A stretch of 64,000 nt of DNA. Source: Deferribacterales bacterium (GTDB lineage Bacteria; Chrysiogenota; Deferribacteres; Deferribacterales; Geovibrionaceae). Within the stretch, counting starts at the first letter, position 1; each line of letters starts with the position of its first letter. Both the position numbers and the translations under genes were made by a program. The stretch is from positions 96,001 through 160,000 of the forward strand of contig JBFWLW010000005.1 of the NCBI GenBank assembly GCA_050251945.1. Reading direction: 5' to 3'. The notes beneath the pieces are model-generated. The model made no database searches, had not been told where the DNA came from, and was given only the letters and a program-made list of their open reading frames with translations. Positions 1-9,469 of this stretch are shown one piece after another.

Positions 1-46
1 ATGATACTTCTTCAATACTTCGTGGTTCGCGAGACACACTTTTGAT

Positions 47-126
47 CGTCTTCGCGAGGAGCACTAGCCGAAGGCTGAATGAGTCCACTTTAAACTATTT
101 ATCGAATAAATCGACGCGGCGATCTC
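47..126 (+). repeat. Family A palindromic repeat, long variant (CGTCTTCGCGAGGAGC...CGACGCGGCGATCTC with ~45-bp internal insert)
   Basis: Near-identical inverted copy at 18396-18472; the ends match the short copy at 23606-23641. Confidence 0.85.
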
Positions 127-209
127 ATTACTATTCAGCGTCATACTTTTTGTCCGTCTTACACCTGTGTCGTTATTCTTTTGCTCCATCTTATCTACAT
201 AAAAACTTC

Positions 210-236
210 TAAATTTTTCCTTAATGTGTACGAATA
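210..236 (+). promoter_or_regulatory. Putative sigma28 (FliA)-type promoter
   Basis: TAAA-N15-TACGAATA, 19 nt upstream of ATG 256; an overlapping TATAAT at 235-240 is an alternative sigma70 -10. Confidence 0.4.
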
Positions 237-255
237 TAATGAACAGAGGTTATAT

Positions 256-1236
256 ATGGATGATTTTCGTATAACAATGCCGGACATCGGATTTGGTCAG
301 TATAGCAATGCTTCATTGCGCGGGATCGGTCTGCCGGACTTACAACTTCAGAATCCCGACATGGACAAAACTGATTTTTCGTCAATAGCTGAAAGGCTTA
401 AGTTTCAGGCAGAAGCCATGCTCGAAACGGGCGTAACTGATTCCGGTAAGCCGGTAGTTCACGGCATTGATGCGGACTATATAAATACTATAATTGAACT
501 TGGAAAGGCCATGCCGAAAGGCGACGAGGACATTGACGATCTCTCGTGGGGATTAATAGTTAAAATGGGCATGGAAATGGGTATAGAGGATGCGGATGTT
601 CTGAAAGAGCTGAAGATTTCAGATGTTGACACCTATTTCTACGAAGCTGTTTATAAAAAAGCGGCAATTGATGCCGGTATGAGCCGTTTTGATGAAAACG
701 GTCAGGTTGTGGCGTATGAAAACCCGTCGGATATCTGGAAAGACATGTTTAAGACAGATGACGAAGGCAACTTCTTAAAAGATAATAACGGCAGAGCCGT
801 CAGAAATGAAAACTTCGTCCAATATCGTATCCAGACTCAGGGCGCAAAAGTCACAGGTTACAGTACCGATGCGCCGATATGGAATTTTAAAGACTATAAA
901 GGCAAGCTCACAGGTCTTCAAGGCGGCTTTTTACAAAACCTGCTTCTGGCTGTGGACAGCAAAGATCCGTATATGTATCGGTATGTTCGCGAGCAGGTGA
1001 CGGACAAAATGCCAACATGGTCTGCCGACACAACGGCTAAGATGAGTGAAGATGAAAAAACCGATTTCTATATCAGGCAGCTGACACATTCGTACAAACT
1101 GCTTAAATCATCAATGATCAGCTCTATGACAATACGACAACAGCTCGATGAACTGAAAGCAATGTATTCAGGCGCGCAGTGGGAAAAAGTCAAAACAGAT
1201 GGCGGAATTACGGACTATTTCATCGGAAGCAGGTAG
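256..1236 (+). CDS. Hypothetical acidic protein (~326 aa), no recognisable family
   Basis: Long ORF; GAGG SD at 246-249 precedes in-frame ATG 256. Confidence 0.75.
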   Translation: MDDFRITMPDIGFGQYSNASLRGIGLPDLQLQNPDMDKTDFSSIAERLKFQAEAMLETGVTDSGKPVVHGIDADYINTIIELGKAMPKGDEDIDDLSWGLIVKMGMEMGIEDADVLKELKISDVDTYFYEAVYKKAAIDAGMSRFDENGQVVAYENPSDIWKDMFKTDDEGNFLKDNNGRAVRNENFVQYRIQTQGAKVTGYSTDAPIWNFKDYKGKLTGLQGGFLQNLLLAVDSKDPYMYRYVREQVTDKMPTWSADTTAKMSEDEKTDFYIRQLTHSYKLLKSSMISSMTIRQQLDELKAMYSGAQWEKVKTDGGITDYFIGSR

Positions 1237-2211
1237 TCAGTCAGCACCGCAAAACGCATTGTGCTGATCATTCTCTAAAAGCATGGTGAATTCCACACCG
1301 TCGGAACAGTTATGGAATTCAAGCTGTCCGTGCAGAAAATTCGTCATGACCGTTTTTGCCGTATAAAGCCCCAATCCTGTTCCGCTTCCGGTGTTTTTAG
1401 TGGTGAAATAGGGCAAGAATATCTTGTCTTTTATCTTTTCGTCAATGGGTTCACCGTTGTTTTTGATGCAGATTGAAATCAGGCTTGCGCTTACCGCCAC
1501 ACTGACATCTATTGTTCCTTTTGAAATGATTCTCTTTTTGAGAGCTTCGCAGACAGCTTCTCTTGCATTGTCAATTATGTTTGTAAATACATGGTTAAAT
1601 TTTACGACATCAATTATGTTTGAAGCTAAATCGTAAGAACATGCAGGGTAAGTTTCAAATGAGTCGAAAATTTCAGTTTTGTTTTGGCATGTGCAGCTGA
1701 AATGGAGATCGGTATTATTGAACTCTATTTCAGGCTGATAGAGTTTCAGCAGGTCAAATATATGATGAACAATGTTTTTCCTTGTTTCAACCCTTTCGCA
1801 GTTCAATGATGAGATAAACCTGTCAATGACTGCGGACATGTCCTGAATGGTACCCATTGCCCGTCTTCCAAACTCTTTGATATCATTGTTGCAGAGTTTG
1901 TTCAAATCGTGAAGTTCGCACAAGTCCTGCACAGAAAGAGCCAGAACGTTCAATGGCTGACGCCAGTGGTGTGAAATGGTTGTCAGAAGCTTATTTACGT
2001 CGTTTTCGCGTTTTTTAAGAAAGAGATTGTGTTCTTTTTCGCATCCATCGTTTGAATTTGAATCCAAATCAGAGGATAAATGCTCATGTCCTGCTGTTTT
2101 GCACGCAGGTACATGTTTAATGACTTCCCCCCCGTTTTCGGCTGCAAATCTGTTGAGTTCATGTGTGGATGACGATGGTATTTTAACTATAAAATAACTG
2201 TAATCAGCCAT
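1237..2211 (-). CDS. Cytoplasmic sensor histidine kinase (HisKA + HATPase_c), no TM or obvious sensor domain
   Basis: H-box ISHHWRQPL, N-box NIIDNA, NNG, FLPYFTTK, GTGLGL. Confidence 0.9.
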   Translation of the reverse strand: MADYSYFIVKIPSSSTHELNRFAAENGGEVIKHVPACKTAGHEHLSSDLDSNSNDGCEKEHNLFLKKRENDVNKLLTTISHHWRQPLNVLALSVQDLCELHDLNKLCNNDIKEFGRRAMGTIQDMSAVIDRFISSLNCERVETRKNIVHHIFDLLKLYQPEIEFNNTDLHFSCTCQNKTEIFDSFETYPACSYDLASNIIDVVKFNHVFTNIIDNAREAVCEALKKRIISKGTIDVSVAVSASLISICIKNNGEPIDEKIKDKIFLPYFTTKNTGSGTGLGLYTAKTVMTNFLHGQLEFHNCSDGVEFTMLLENDQHNAFCGAD

Positions 2212-2444
2212 ATGTCACCTTATAACTGTACAATAACACCGGCAATCTGGTACGATGAATGCATCGTGACCACGCAGGAGGCATTATTGAGTTATGTAAA
2301 GATACCAATACATTACAAGATTTCATTTACGATATTAATCACACGGTCTGAATACAATTGTATATTATATAGTCAAGATTCGTCAATAGTATTATTTAGG
2401 TATATTCTATTCATTTGTGTTTATACTTAGAATATTGTCTAGTT

Positions 2445-2798
2445 ATGTGTAATAAAAATCATCATTTAGTGGAAATAGGTAAGCGCATAAAAGATGCAAG
2501 GAAGGCAAAAGGCTGGTCACAGGAGACACTTGCGGAGCATGTCAATATTCACGCTACTTATATGTCACAGATTGAAACCGGGAAGGTGAATCTTACAATT
2601 AATATACTAAAATCTATTGCGGACAATCTTGATATATCAATGAAGGATCTGGTTTCTGAATATCACGATGAGGACGAACTTCCTCAGTTTCTGAAAGATG
2701 TCAGAGCGGCGTATTTTAAGGCAAAAGAGAACGAGCGTGGCTCATATATTAAAGCTGTGCGCGGAATAATCTATGCCTTTACAAACAGACGCAAATAA
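2445..2798 (+). CDS. XRE-family HTH regulator (C-protein-like N-terminus)
   Basis: IGKRIKDARKAKGWSQETLAE..YMSQIETGKVNLTI HTH_3 pattern; start could also be GTG 2469. Confidence 0.9.
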   Translation: MCNKNHHLVEIGKRIKDARKAKGWSQETLAEHVNIHATYMSQIETGKVNLTINILKSIADNLDISMKDLVSEYHDEDELPQFLKDVRAAYFKAKENERGSYIKAVRGIIYAFTNRRK

Positions 2799-2812
2799 TC
2801 CCGCACTGCCTT

Positions 2813-3439
2813 TTATTCTTTTATAAGTTCAAATTCCAATGTTTCCTTGTTGTAGTTGTAAACCTCGCCTGTGGCTATCACATAATACCAGCCGTAAATA
2901 TTAAGTTTTCCTGTCTTATACCTGTCAGCGATAAGCGGATATGAAAGGATGTTTTTCATCTGTTCAACGATGTTCACCTGTTCTGTTATCCACTCCCGTT
3001 CCTCTTCGTTGGCGTTGGGGTAGTTTTCCTCCACCTGTTCGCGTATGTTGCCTGCCTGTTCCAGCCAGTGTTCAACGTTCGGGATATCTTTGAAGTATTC
3101 CTCGTCTTTGAACAGTGCGTGGCAGCCGCCGCAGTTGGAGTGTCCGCAGATGACGATATTTTCAACGCCGAGGGTCATTACGGCAAATTCGATTGCTGCC
3201 GTGGTCGCGGCATATTCTTTTGATATACGGTATTTCGGTACGATATTTGCGATGTTGCGCACTACGAAAAGTTCGCCGGGCATCGCTTTTGTGATAAGTT
3301 CGGGAACAACTCTGGAATCGGAACAGCCGATAAACAGGGTATGCGGTTTCTGTCCATGTCCGAGGTTTCGGAAGAATTCCTTATGTTTTTCAAAGCTGCG
3401 TTCGCGGAAGCGCACAGCTCCTTTAAAAAGATTGTCCAT
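2813..3439 (-). CDS. can: Beta-class carbonic anhydrase
   Basis: CSDSRV, GELFVVRNIAN and HSNCGG zinc-ligand motifs. Confidence 0.95.
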   Translation of the reverse strand: MDNLFKGAVRFRERSFEKHKEFFRNLGHGQKPHTLFIGCSDSRVVPELITKAMPGELFVVRNIANIVPKYRISKEYAATTAAIEFAVMTLGVENIVICGHSNCGGCHALFKDEEYFKDIPNVEHWLEQAGNIREQVEENYPNANEEEREWITEQVNIVEQMKNILSYPLIADRYKTGKLNIYGWYYVIATGEVYNYNKETLEFELIKE

Positions 3440-3450
3440 GCGGTCTCCTG

Positions 3451-3484
3451 AAAAAAAGGGTCTGTACCGTTTGGCACAGACCCT
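3451..3484 (-). terminator. Rho-independent terminator after pckA
   Basis: AGGGTCTGT/ACAGACCCT stem followed by a T-run on the minus strand. Confidence 0.8.
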
Positions 3485-3493
3485 GACAAATTA

Positions 3494-5083
3494 TCAGATA
3501 ACGGGGCCGCCCGCAATGATTTCCGCGGAAGTGACCGCTTCGTATTTTTTGAAGTTCTCTTTGAAGCCGCTTGCGAGTGCTTTAAGTTTTTCCATGTATT
3601 CGTCTTTGTCCTTCCAGCTTTCGATGGGGTGAAGGACGTCGGTTGGGATATCGCCAAGTGTTTTGGGGATGCCGAATCCGAATACCGGATCAGCCATGAA
3701 TTCAGAGTTGTTGATTTCGCCTGAAAGGATGGCTTTTATTATTTTACGGGTGTATTTGATCTCAAATCTTTTGCCTACTCCGTAGGGTCCGCCTGTAAGA
3801 CCGGTGTTTACAAGGTAGCAGCTTGCGCCGTGTTTAACTATCTTGTCGCCGAGAAGTTTAGCGTAAACAGAGGGGTGCCATACCATGAAGGGTTCGCCGA
3901 AACATGTGGAGAACACTGCTTTGGGCTCTGTAACGCCTTTTTCGGTACCTGCAACTCTGGCTGTGTAGCCGGAGATGAAGTGGTACATTGCCTGAGGAAC
4001 TGTCAGCTTTGATACGGGGGGGAGAACGCCGAAAGCATCGTATGTAAGGAAGATAACCACGTTGGGATGTCCGCCTTTTCCTTCAGCAACAATGTTGGGG
4101 AGTGAGTCTATGGGGTAAGACGCTCTTGTGTTCTCTGTATATTTTTCATCGTCGAGGTCGATTTTTCTGTTTTCATCCATCACAACGTTTTCAAGGATGG
4201 TGCCGAATTTCTGAGTACATGCGTAAATATCGGGTTCCTGAACGGGTGAAAGTTTGATGACTTTTGCGTAGCATCCGCCTTCGATATTGAAAACGCCTTC
4301 GTCGCTCCAACCGTGTTCGTCGTCACCGATAAGATGTCTTTCGGGGTCGGTGGAAAGAGTTGTTTTTCCTGTGCCGGACAGACCGAAGAAAAGAGCGGTG
4401 TCGCCGTCGTTGCCGATGTTGGCGGAGCAGTGCATGGACATAATGCCTTTTTTGGGAAGGATATAGTTCATAACTGTGAAGATGGATTTTTTAATTTCGC
4501 CGGCATAGCTTGTTCCGCCGATGATAACGAGTTTCTTTTTAAAGTTGAGCAGTATGAAAGCTTCGCTGTTGGTTCCGTCTTCGTCCGGATCTGCGTGGAA
4601 ACCGGGGCATCCGATGACTGTGAAATCAGCCGCGAAATCCTGAAGATTACGCTCGTCATTTTCTGTTATGAACATGTTGCGCGCGAAAAGGTTTTGCCAT
4701 GCGGAGTCGTTTATAACGCGGACTTTAAGTCTGCTGTTTTCGTCGGCGCCTGCATAACATTCCTGAACGTAAATGTCTCTGCCCTGCATGTATGCTTTAA
4801 GTTTTCCGAAAAGTCTTTCAAATTTTTCTTCGGAGATGGAGACGTTTCCTTTTCCCCAGTTAACGTCAGCCTTTGTTGTTTCTTCTTCAACGATAAACTT
4901 GTCGTTGGGTGAGCGGCCTGTGCATCTGCCGGTGAGGCATACAACAGCGCCTTTATCAGCAATTTTTCCTTCGCCGTTTTTAACAATTTCTTCATACAGT
5001 TCTGCGGCTGTCAGGTTTCTTTTTATTTCACCGAGGTTGGTGAAGCAGTATCCGTCGAGCACACATATTTCTGCTTTACTCAC
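3494..5083 (-). CDS. pckA: Phosphoenolpyruvate carboxykinase (ATP)
   Basis: GRSPNDK, YAGEIKK, GLSGTGKTTLS, LIGDDEHGW, NIEGGCYAK motifs; GGAGG SD before GTG. Confidence 0.97.
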   Translation of the reverse strand: MSKAEICVLDGYCFTNLGEIKRNLTAAELYEEIVKNGEGKIADKGAVVCLTGRCTGRSPNDKFIVEEETTKADVNWGKGNVSISEEKFERLFGKLKAYMQGRDIYVQECYAGADENSRLKVRVINDSAWQNLFARNMFITENDERNLQDFAADFTVIGCPGFHADPDEDGTNSEAFILLNFKKKLVIIGGTSYAGEIKKSIFTVMNYILPKKGIMSMHCSANIGNDGDTALFFGLSGTGKTTLSTDPERHLIGDDEHGWSDEGVFNIEGGCYAKVIKLSPVQEPDIYACTQKFGTILENVVMDENRKIDLDDEKYTENTRASYPIDSLPNIVAEGKGGHPNVVIFLTYDAFGVLPPVSKLTVPQAMYHFISGYTARVAGTEKGVTEPKAVFSTCFGEPFMVWHPSVYAKLLGDKIVKHGASCYLVNTGLTGGPYGVGKRFEIKYTRKIIKAILSGEINNSEFMADPVFGFGIPKTLGDIPTDVLHPIESWKDKDEYMEKLKALASGFKENFKKYEAVTSAEIIAGGPVI

Positions 5084-5133
5084 ATTGTCCTCCTGATGGG
5101 ATGAAAAATAGTATGGGGTTTTGCAAACGCCGC

Positions 5134-5162
5134 ATTCTACACGATTGTCAGAAGGTGTTCAA
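5134..5162 (-). promoter_or_regulatory. sigma70 promoter of pckA
   Basis: TTGAAC-N17-TAGAAT on the minus strand. Confidence 0.65.
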
Positions 5163-5358
5163 GTGGTATTTGACATTTTTTTTATGCGGTTTTAATGCAC
5201 CAAAGTGCTTTATTATTAGTGATTTAAGTTCTAAATACGGTTATTTAATTTTTCAATATTAATAATTACCGATTATAAGTTTCCTAATAAGAGAGTGCTT
5301 TACGGTGAAATTTATCTTAAAAGGTTTTTTTGGTGTTTTGTGATTTTTTCATCAATTC

Positions 5359-5387
5359 TTGCATTTCGCTGAACACATCTATATAAT
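5359..5387 (+). promoter_or_regulatory. sigma70 promoter of the HNH-alaS operon
   Basis: TTGCAT-N17-TATAAT, 10 nt before ATG 5398. Confidence 0.75.
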
Positions 5388-5397
5388 CCCTGCTGAA

Positions 5398-5694
5398 ATG
5401 GAAATGTTCTTCATTCCTGCCGACGACAGGCACATAAAAAAAGAAAAAGAAAAAGCAAGAGAGCTGCGCCACACGCAATGGTGGAAAAACAAAGTTGCGG
5501 AAGGCGTATGTTATTATTGCGGCGAAAAATTTCCGCCGACGGAGCTTACGATGGATCATATTGTTCCTGTAGCACGCGGCGGGATGTCCACCAAAGGGAA
5601 CGTTGTTCCCGCATGCAAAGAATGTAACAACAAGAAAAAATATCTATTACCCATAGAGTGGGAAGAGTATCTGAATACTCTCAAACGGAGCTGA
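5398..5694 (+). CDS. Small HNH endonuclease-domain protein
   Basis: CYYC...TMDHIVPVARGG...NVVPACKECNNKK; start placed downstream of the promoter (ATG 5398 or 5404). Confidence 0.9.
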   Translation: MEMFFIPADDRHIKKEKEKARELRHTQWWKNKVAEGVCYYCGEKFPPTELTMDHIVPVARGGMSTKGNVVPACKECNNKKKYLLPIEWEEYLNTLKRS

Positions 5695-5695
5695 T

Positions 5696-8323
5696 ATGAC
5701 AGGTCACGAGATACGAAAAAAGTTTCTGGAATATTTTAAGCGGCACGGACACGTTGTGGTCGGTTCATCGTCACTCGTGCCTGCGGACGACCCTACGCTG
5801 CTTTTCACAAACGCGGGGATGAACCAGTTCAAGGACACCTTCCTCGGACGCGAGACCAGAAGCTATACCAGAGCCGCCACATGCCAGAAAGTTGTGCGGG
5901 CGGGCGGAAAACACAACGACCTTGAGAACGTGGGCGTAACCTCACGTCACCATACATTTTTTGAGATGCTTGGAAACTTTTCTTTCGGCGATTACTTCAA
6001 AGAGGACGCAATAAAGTTCGGATGGGAATTCCTCACCAAAGAGATGGGACTGCCCGCCGACAAAATGTTCGTGTCTGTGTATAACGACGACGACGAGGCG
6101 TTCGCCATCTGGCGCGACGTTATCGGACTTGACGAAAAAAACATCGAGCGCCGCGGCGAGAAGGATAACTTTTGGTCAATGGGCGATACGGGACCCTGCG
6201 GTCCCTGTTCGGAGATACACATTGATCAGGGCGAAGGCACCGGCTGCGGAAGACCCGAATGTGACCGCAACTGCGACTGCGACAGACACCTTGAGCTGTG
6301 GAACCTTGTTTTCATGCAGTTCGACCGTTCCGCGGACGGCAAACTGACACCCCTTCCAAAACCCAGCATTGACACGGGAATGGGACTTGAGCGTGTGACG
6401 TCCGTTGTACAGGGCGTAACAAGCAACTATGAAACCGACCTTTTCAAACCCATCCTTGAATATATATCGGAACTTGCCGGACATAAATACGGCACTGACA
6501 CCAAAAAAGATATCTCCGTGAGGGTCATAGCCGACCACAGCCGTTCCACAACATTCCTCGTGGGCGACGGAGTGCTTCCCGCCAACGACGGACGCGGCTA
6601 CGTTCTTCGCCGTATCATGCGCCGCGCTATGCGCCACGGCAAAATGCTCGGGTTCGAGGGAATGTTCTTCTACAAAGTATGCGAATTCGTGGTGGACTTC
6701 ATGAAAGGTCACTACATAGAACTTGCAGACAAAAAGCCTTTTATATCTAAGGTTGTTACAAACGAAGAACAGTCTTTCAGCAGAACGCTGGGCATCGGAT
6801 TGAAGATTATAGATGAGCTTCTCGAAAAGCATAAACAATACAAGGTTATCAGCGGCGAGGATATTTTCCGTCTGTACGATACGTATGGCTTTCCCGTCGA
6901 TCTGCTCACTGACATTGCCGAGGATGCGGGCTACGGGCTTGACACCGTCGGTTTTGAGCATGAGATGCAGGCACAGCAGGAACGCGCTAAAAAGTCATGG
7001 GCGGGAAGCGGCGATAACAGAGTGGCGGATATTTATATCCAGCTTGCAAGCCGCCTGCACACCGAGTTCACAGGCTACGACAGCCTGAAAGAATCCACGA
7101 CCGTGCTTTCTATAATTAAGGACGGCGCGGAGGTCAGCAGAACCGACGGCGAGTGCGACATTGTGCTTGCTAAATCACCCTTCTACGCGGAGGGCGGCGG
7201 TCAGACCGGGGACTGCGGTTATATCAAAACAGATTCCGCAGTATTCAAAGTGACAAAAACGTCAAAATACGGCGACGGCATGATAGTCATGCACGGCACG
7301 ACGGAACTCGGCGCCATAATAAAAGGCGAGAACGTAACGGCAGAGGTCGACAGGTCTGCCAGAAAGGCAACCGAGAAGAACCACACCGCAACACACCTTC
7401 TTCACAAGGCATTGCAGGAGGTTCTGGGTGATCACGTTCGTCAGGCGGGTTCAATGGTTACGCCGGACAGACTGCGTTTCGACTTCAACCACTACGCATC
7501 CGTTTCCCACGAGGAGATAGAGCGCATAGAGGAGAGGGTGAACGCTGTCATTCAGGAGAACGACGAAGTATCAAAAACGTTCATGAGCCGGGACGAAGCC
7601 GTTAAGGCGGGCGCAATGGCACTTTTCGGCGAAAAATACGGCGAGAGGGTGCGCGTTGTCCGTGTTGAGGATTTCAGCATGGAACTTTGCGGCGGATGCC
7701 ACGTCGACAGAACCGGGGATATCGGCTTTTTCAAGATCGCAAGCGAAGCCTCTGTGGCTTCCGGCGTGCGCAGGATAGAAGCTGTTACGGGGATGAACGC
7801 AGTTGCATACGCGCAGAAGACCGACAGTACTGTCAAAGAAGCTGCTAAACTGCTGAAAGCGGCTCCCGACAATGTCATTTCCAGAATAGAGGAAACTATG
7901 GACGCTCTGAAAGAGCGCGAACGCGAGCTTAAAAAACTCGGCGATAAGATAGCTTCCGCCCGCTCAGAGGAACTTCTCGATAATATTATTGACGTTAAAG
8001 GCGTTAAGCTCCTTGCCGTCACACTTGAGAACACAGATACGGATGCGCTGCGCAGGTTTGTGGACACTGCCCGCGAACGGATAAAGAGCGGCGTTGTTGT
8101 TGCTGCTTCTGTGAACGAAGGCAAGGTGATGTTCGCATGCGGCGTCACAAAAGATATAATGGACAGGGTTAAGGCGGGCGACGTTGTCCGCGAAGTGGCG
8201 AAGATTGCCGAAGGTTCAGGCGGCGGACGACCCGACATGGCAATGGCGGGCGGAAAGAATCCGGCGAAGCTGGGCGAGGCGATTGCCGCTGTGCCTGCTG
8301 TCGTGGAAAAGCTGATTGGCTGA
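5696..8323 (+). CDS. alaS: Alanine--tRNA ligase
   Basis: LLFTNAGMNQFK, HHTFFEMLGNFSFGDYFK, HTATHLLH, ELCGGCHV, GGGRPDMA. Confidence 0.98.
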   Translation: MTGHEIRKKFLEYFKRHGHVVVGSSSLVPADDPTLLFTNAGMNQFKDTFLGRETRSYTRAATCQKVVRAGGKHNDLENVGVTSRHHTFFEMLGNFSFGDYFKEDAIKFGWEFLTKEMGLPADKMFVSVYNDDDEAFAIWRDVIGLDEKNIERRGEKDNFWSMGDTGPCGPCSEIHIDQGEGTGCGRPECDRNCDCDRHLELWNLVFMQFDRSADGKLTPLPKPSIDTGMGLERVTSVVQGVTSNYETDLFKPILEYISELAGHKYGTDTKKDISVRVIADHSRSTTFLVGDGVLPANDGRGYVLRRIMRRAMRHGKMLGFEGMFFYKVCEFVVDFMKGHYIELADKKPFISKVVTNEEQSFSRTLGIGLKIIDELLEKHKQYKVISGEDIFRLYDTYGFPVDLLTDIAEDAGYGLDTVGFEHEMQAQQERAKKSWAGSGDNRVADIYIQLASRLHTEFTGYDSLKESTTVLSIIKDGAEVSRTDGECDIVLAKSPFYAEGGGQTGDCGYIKTDSAVFKVTKTSKYGDGMIVMHGTTELGAIIKGENVTAEVDRSARKATEKNHTATHLLHKALQEVLGDHVRQAGSMVTPDRLRFDFNHYASVSHEEIERIEERVNAVIQENDEVSKTFMSRDEAVKAGAMALFGEKYGERVRVVRVEDFSMELCGGCHVDRTGDIGFFKIASEASVASGVRRIEAVTGMNAVAYAQKTDSTVKEAAKLLKAAPDNVISRIEETMDALKERERELKKLGDKIASARSEELLDNIIDVKGVKLLAVTLENTDTDALRRFVDTARERIKSGVVVAASVNEGKVMFACGVTKDIMDRVKAGDVVREVAKIAEGSGGGRPDMAMAGGKNPAKLGEAIAAVPAVVEKLIG

Positions 8324-8879
8324 AATTTGCGAAATATCGGATATTCAAAACAAAGTATTGTCATATAAACGCAGAACTCTGGCGGCGACACCCCGTGTTG
8401 CCGCTGTTCTGCTTCTTCTGGTGCCTGCAGGCTCTCAGCACAATGTAATTCTGACAAAGCGGATGCGCAGTCTGGAACATCACGGCGGCGAGGTTTCTTT
8501 TCCCGGCGGAGGTGTGGAAAACGGCGAAAGCCTGTGCAGTGCGGCTCTGCGAGAGACCTGCGAAGAGATAGGAATCTGCGGCGATTCCGTAAAGCTTCTT
8601 GGCGCGCTTGATGATGAAATGTCGCGCTGGGGACACAGGGTCACTCCTTTTGTCGGTATCGGCGGCGGCACGGATTTCAGGAGACAGCAGACCGAGGTTG
8701 ACCGGATATACAACGTGCCTCTGGCGCATTTTGTTTCCAGACAGACCTACTGGACGGAAAAATGGTTTCGCGGGCGGGAATCCCGTACGGTTCATTTTTT
8801 CCGCTGGGAAAACGATATAGTCTGGGGGCTGACCGCTCTTATACTTGATAAGTTTGTGCATCTTTTATCACAAGAATAA
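8316..8879 (+). CDS. Nudix hydrolase, CoA pyrophosphatase (NudL-like)
   Basis: GEVSFPGG...ALRETCEEIGI Nudix box, VTPFVG, VWGLTA. Confidence 0.88.
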   Translation: MAEICEISDIQNKVLSYKRRTLAATPRVAAVLLLLVPAGSQHNVILTKRMRSLEHHGGEVSFPGGGVENGESLCSAALRETCEEIGICGDSVKLLGALDDEMSRWGHRVTPFVGIGGGTDFRRQQTEVDRIYNVPLAHFVSRQTYWTEKWFRGRESRTVHFFRWENDIVWGLTALILDKFVHLLSQE

Positions 8880-8940
8880 TGTTGGCAAAGAGAGTGATTC
8901 GGTCTATTATGATAAATACAGCGGAACACGGGAGGAAAGT

Positions 8941-9408
8941 GTGAAAGCAGAATACATAAATCCCTTCATAGCATGTACCATCAACGTATTTGAGACCATG
9001 ACAGGTCTTAAGCCGGTCAAGGGTGATCTATATATCAAATCAGATGAAAACCTGCATTATGACGTTTCCGCGGTTATCGGTATTGTCGGCGACGTTGTGG
9101 GATATGTTTCCGTTAGTATGCCGGAAGCGCTGGCAACAAAGGTTGCATCCATCTTCCTGATGGAAGAGAAAGAAGACGTGGACACGGACGTCGGCGACGC
9201 CATAGGCGAGCTTATCAACATGATCGCAGGCAGCACGAAAAAAATGTTCACCGATAGAGGTCACAGATTCAGCATTTCCGTACCGAACGTTGTTGTGGGC
9301 AAAGGTCACACCATACAAAGACCTGCACACATCATTTGCGTCGGTGTCAAATTTAAGCTGGAAAATACCACTTTTGTCATTGAGATAGCACTTAAAGACA
9401 AAAACTGA
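8941..9408 (+). CDS. cheX: Chemotaxis phosphatase CheX
   Basis: YINPF start, DAIGELINMIAG motif, ISVPNVVVG; GGAGGA SD before GTG 8941. Confidence 0.9.
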   Translation: MKAEYINPFIACTINVFETMTGLKPVKGDLYIKSDENLHYDVSAVIGIVGDVVGYVSVSMPEALATKVASIFLMEEKEDVDTDVGDAIGELINMIAGSTKKMFTDRGHRFSISVPNVVVGKGHTIQRPAHIICVGVKFKLENTTFVIEIALKDKN

Positions 9409-9469
9409 TATTATTCAGTACCAAATTATTTCTTATAAGGGTTGACTGCGCAGAAAACAGGAGGAATCC

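Noticed and set aside
5398..5694. HNH gene as the mobiliser of the A/B repeats
   Set aside because: No repeat copies flank the gene, so nothing in this window links them.
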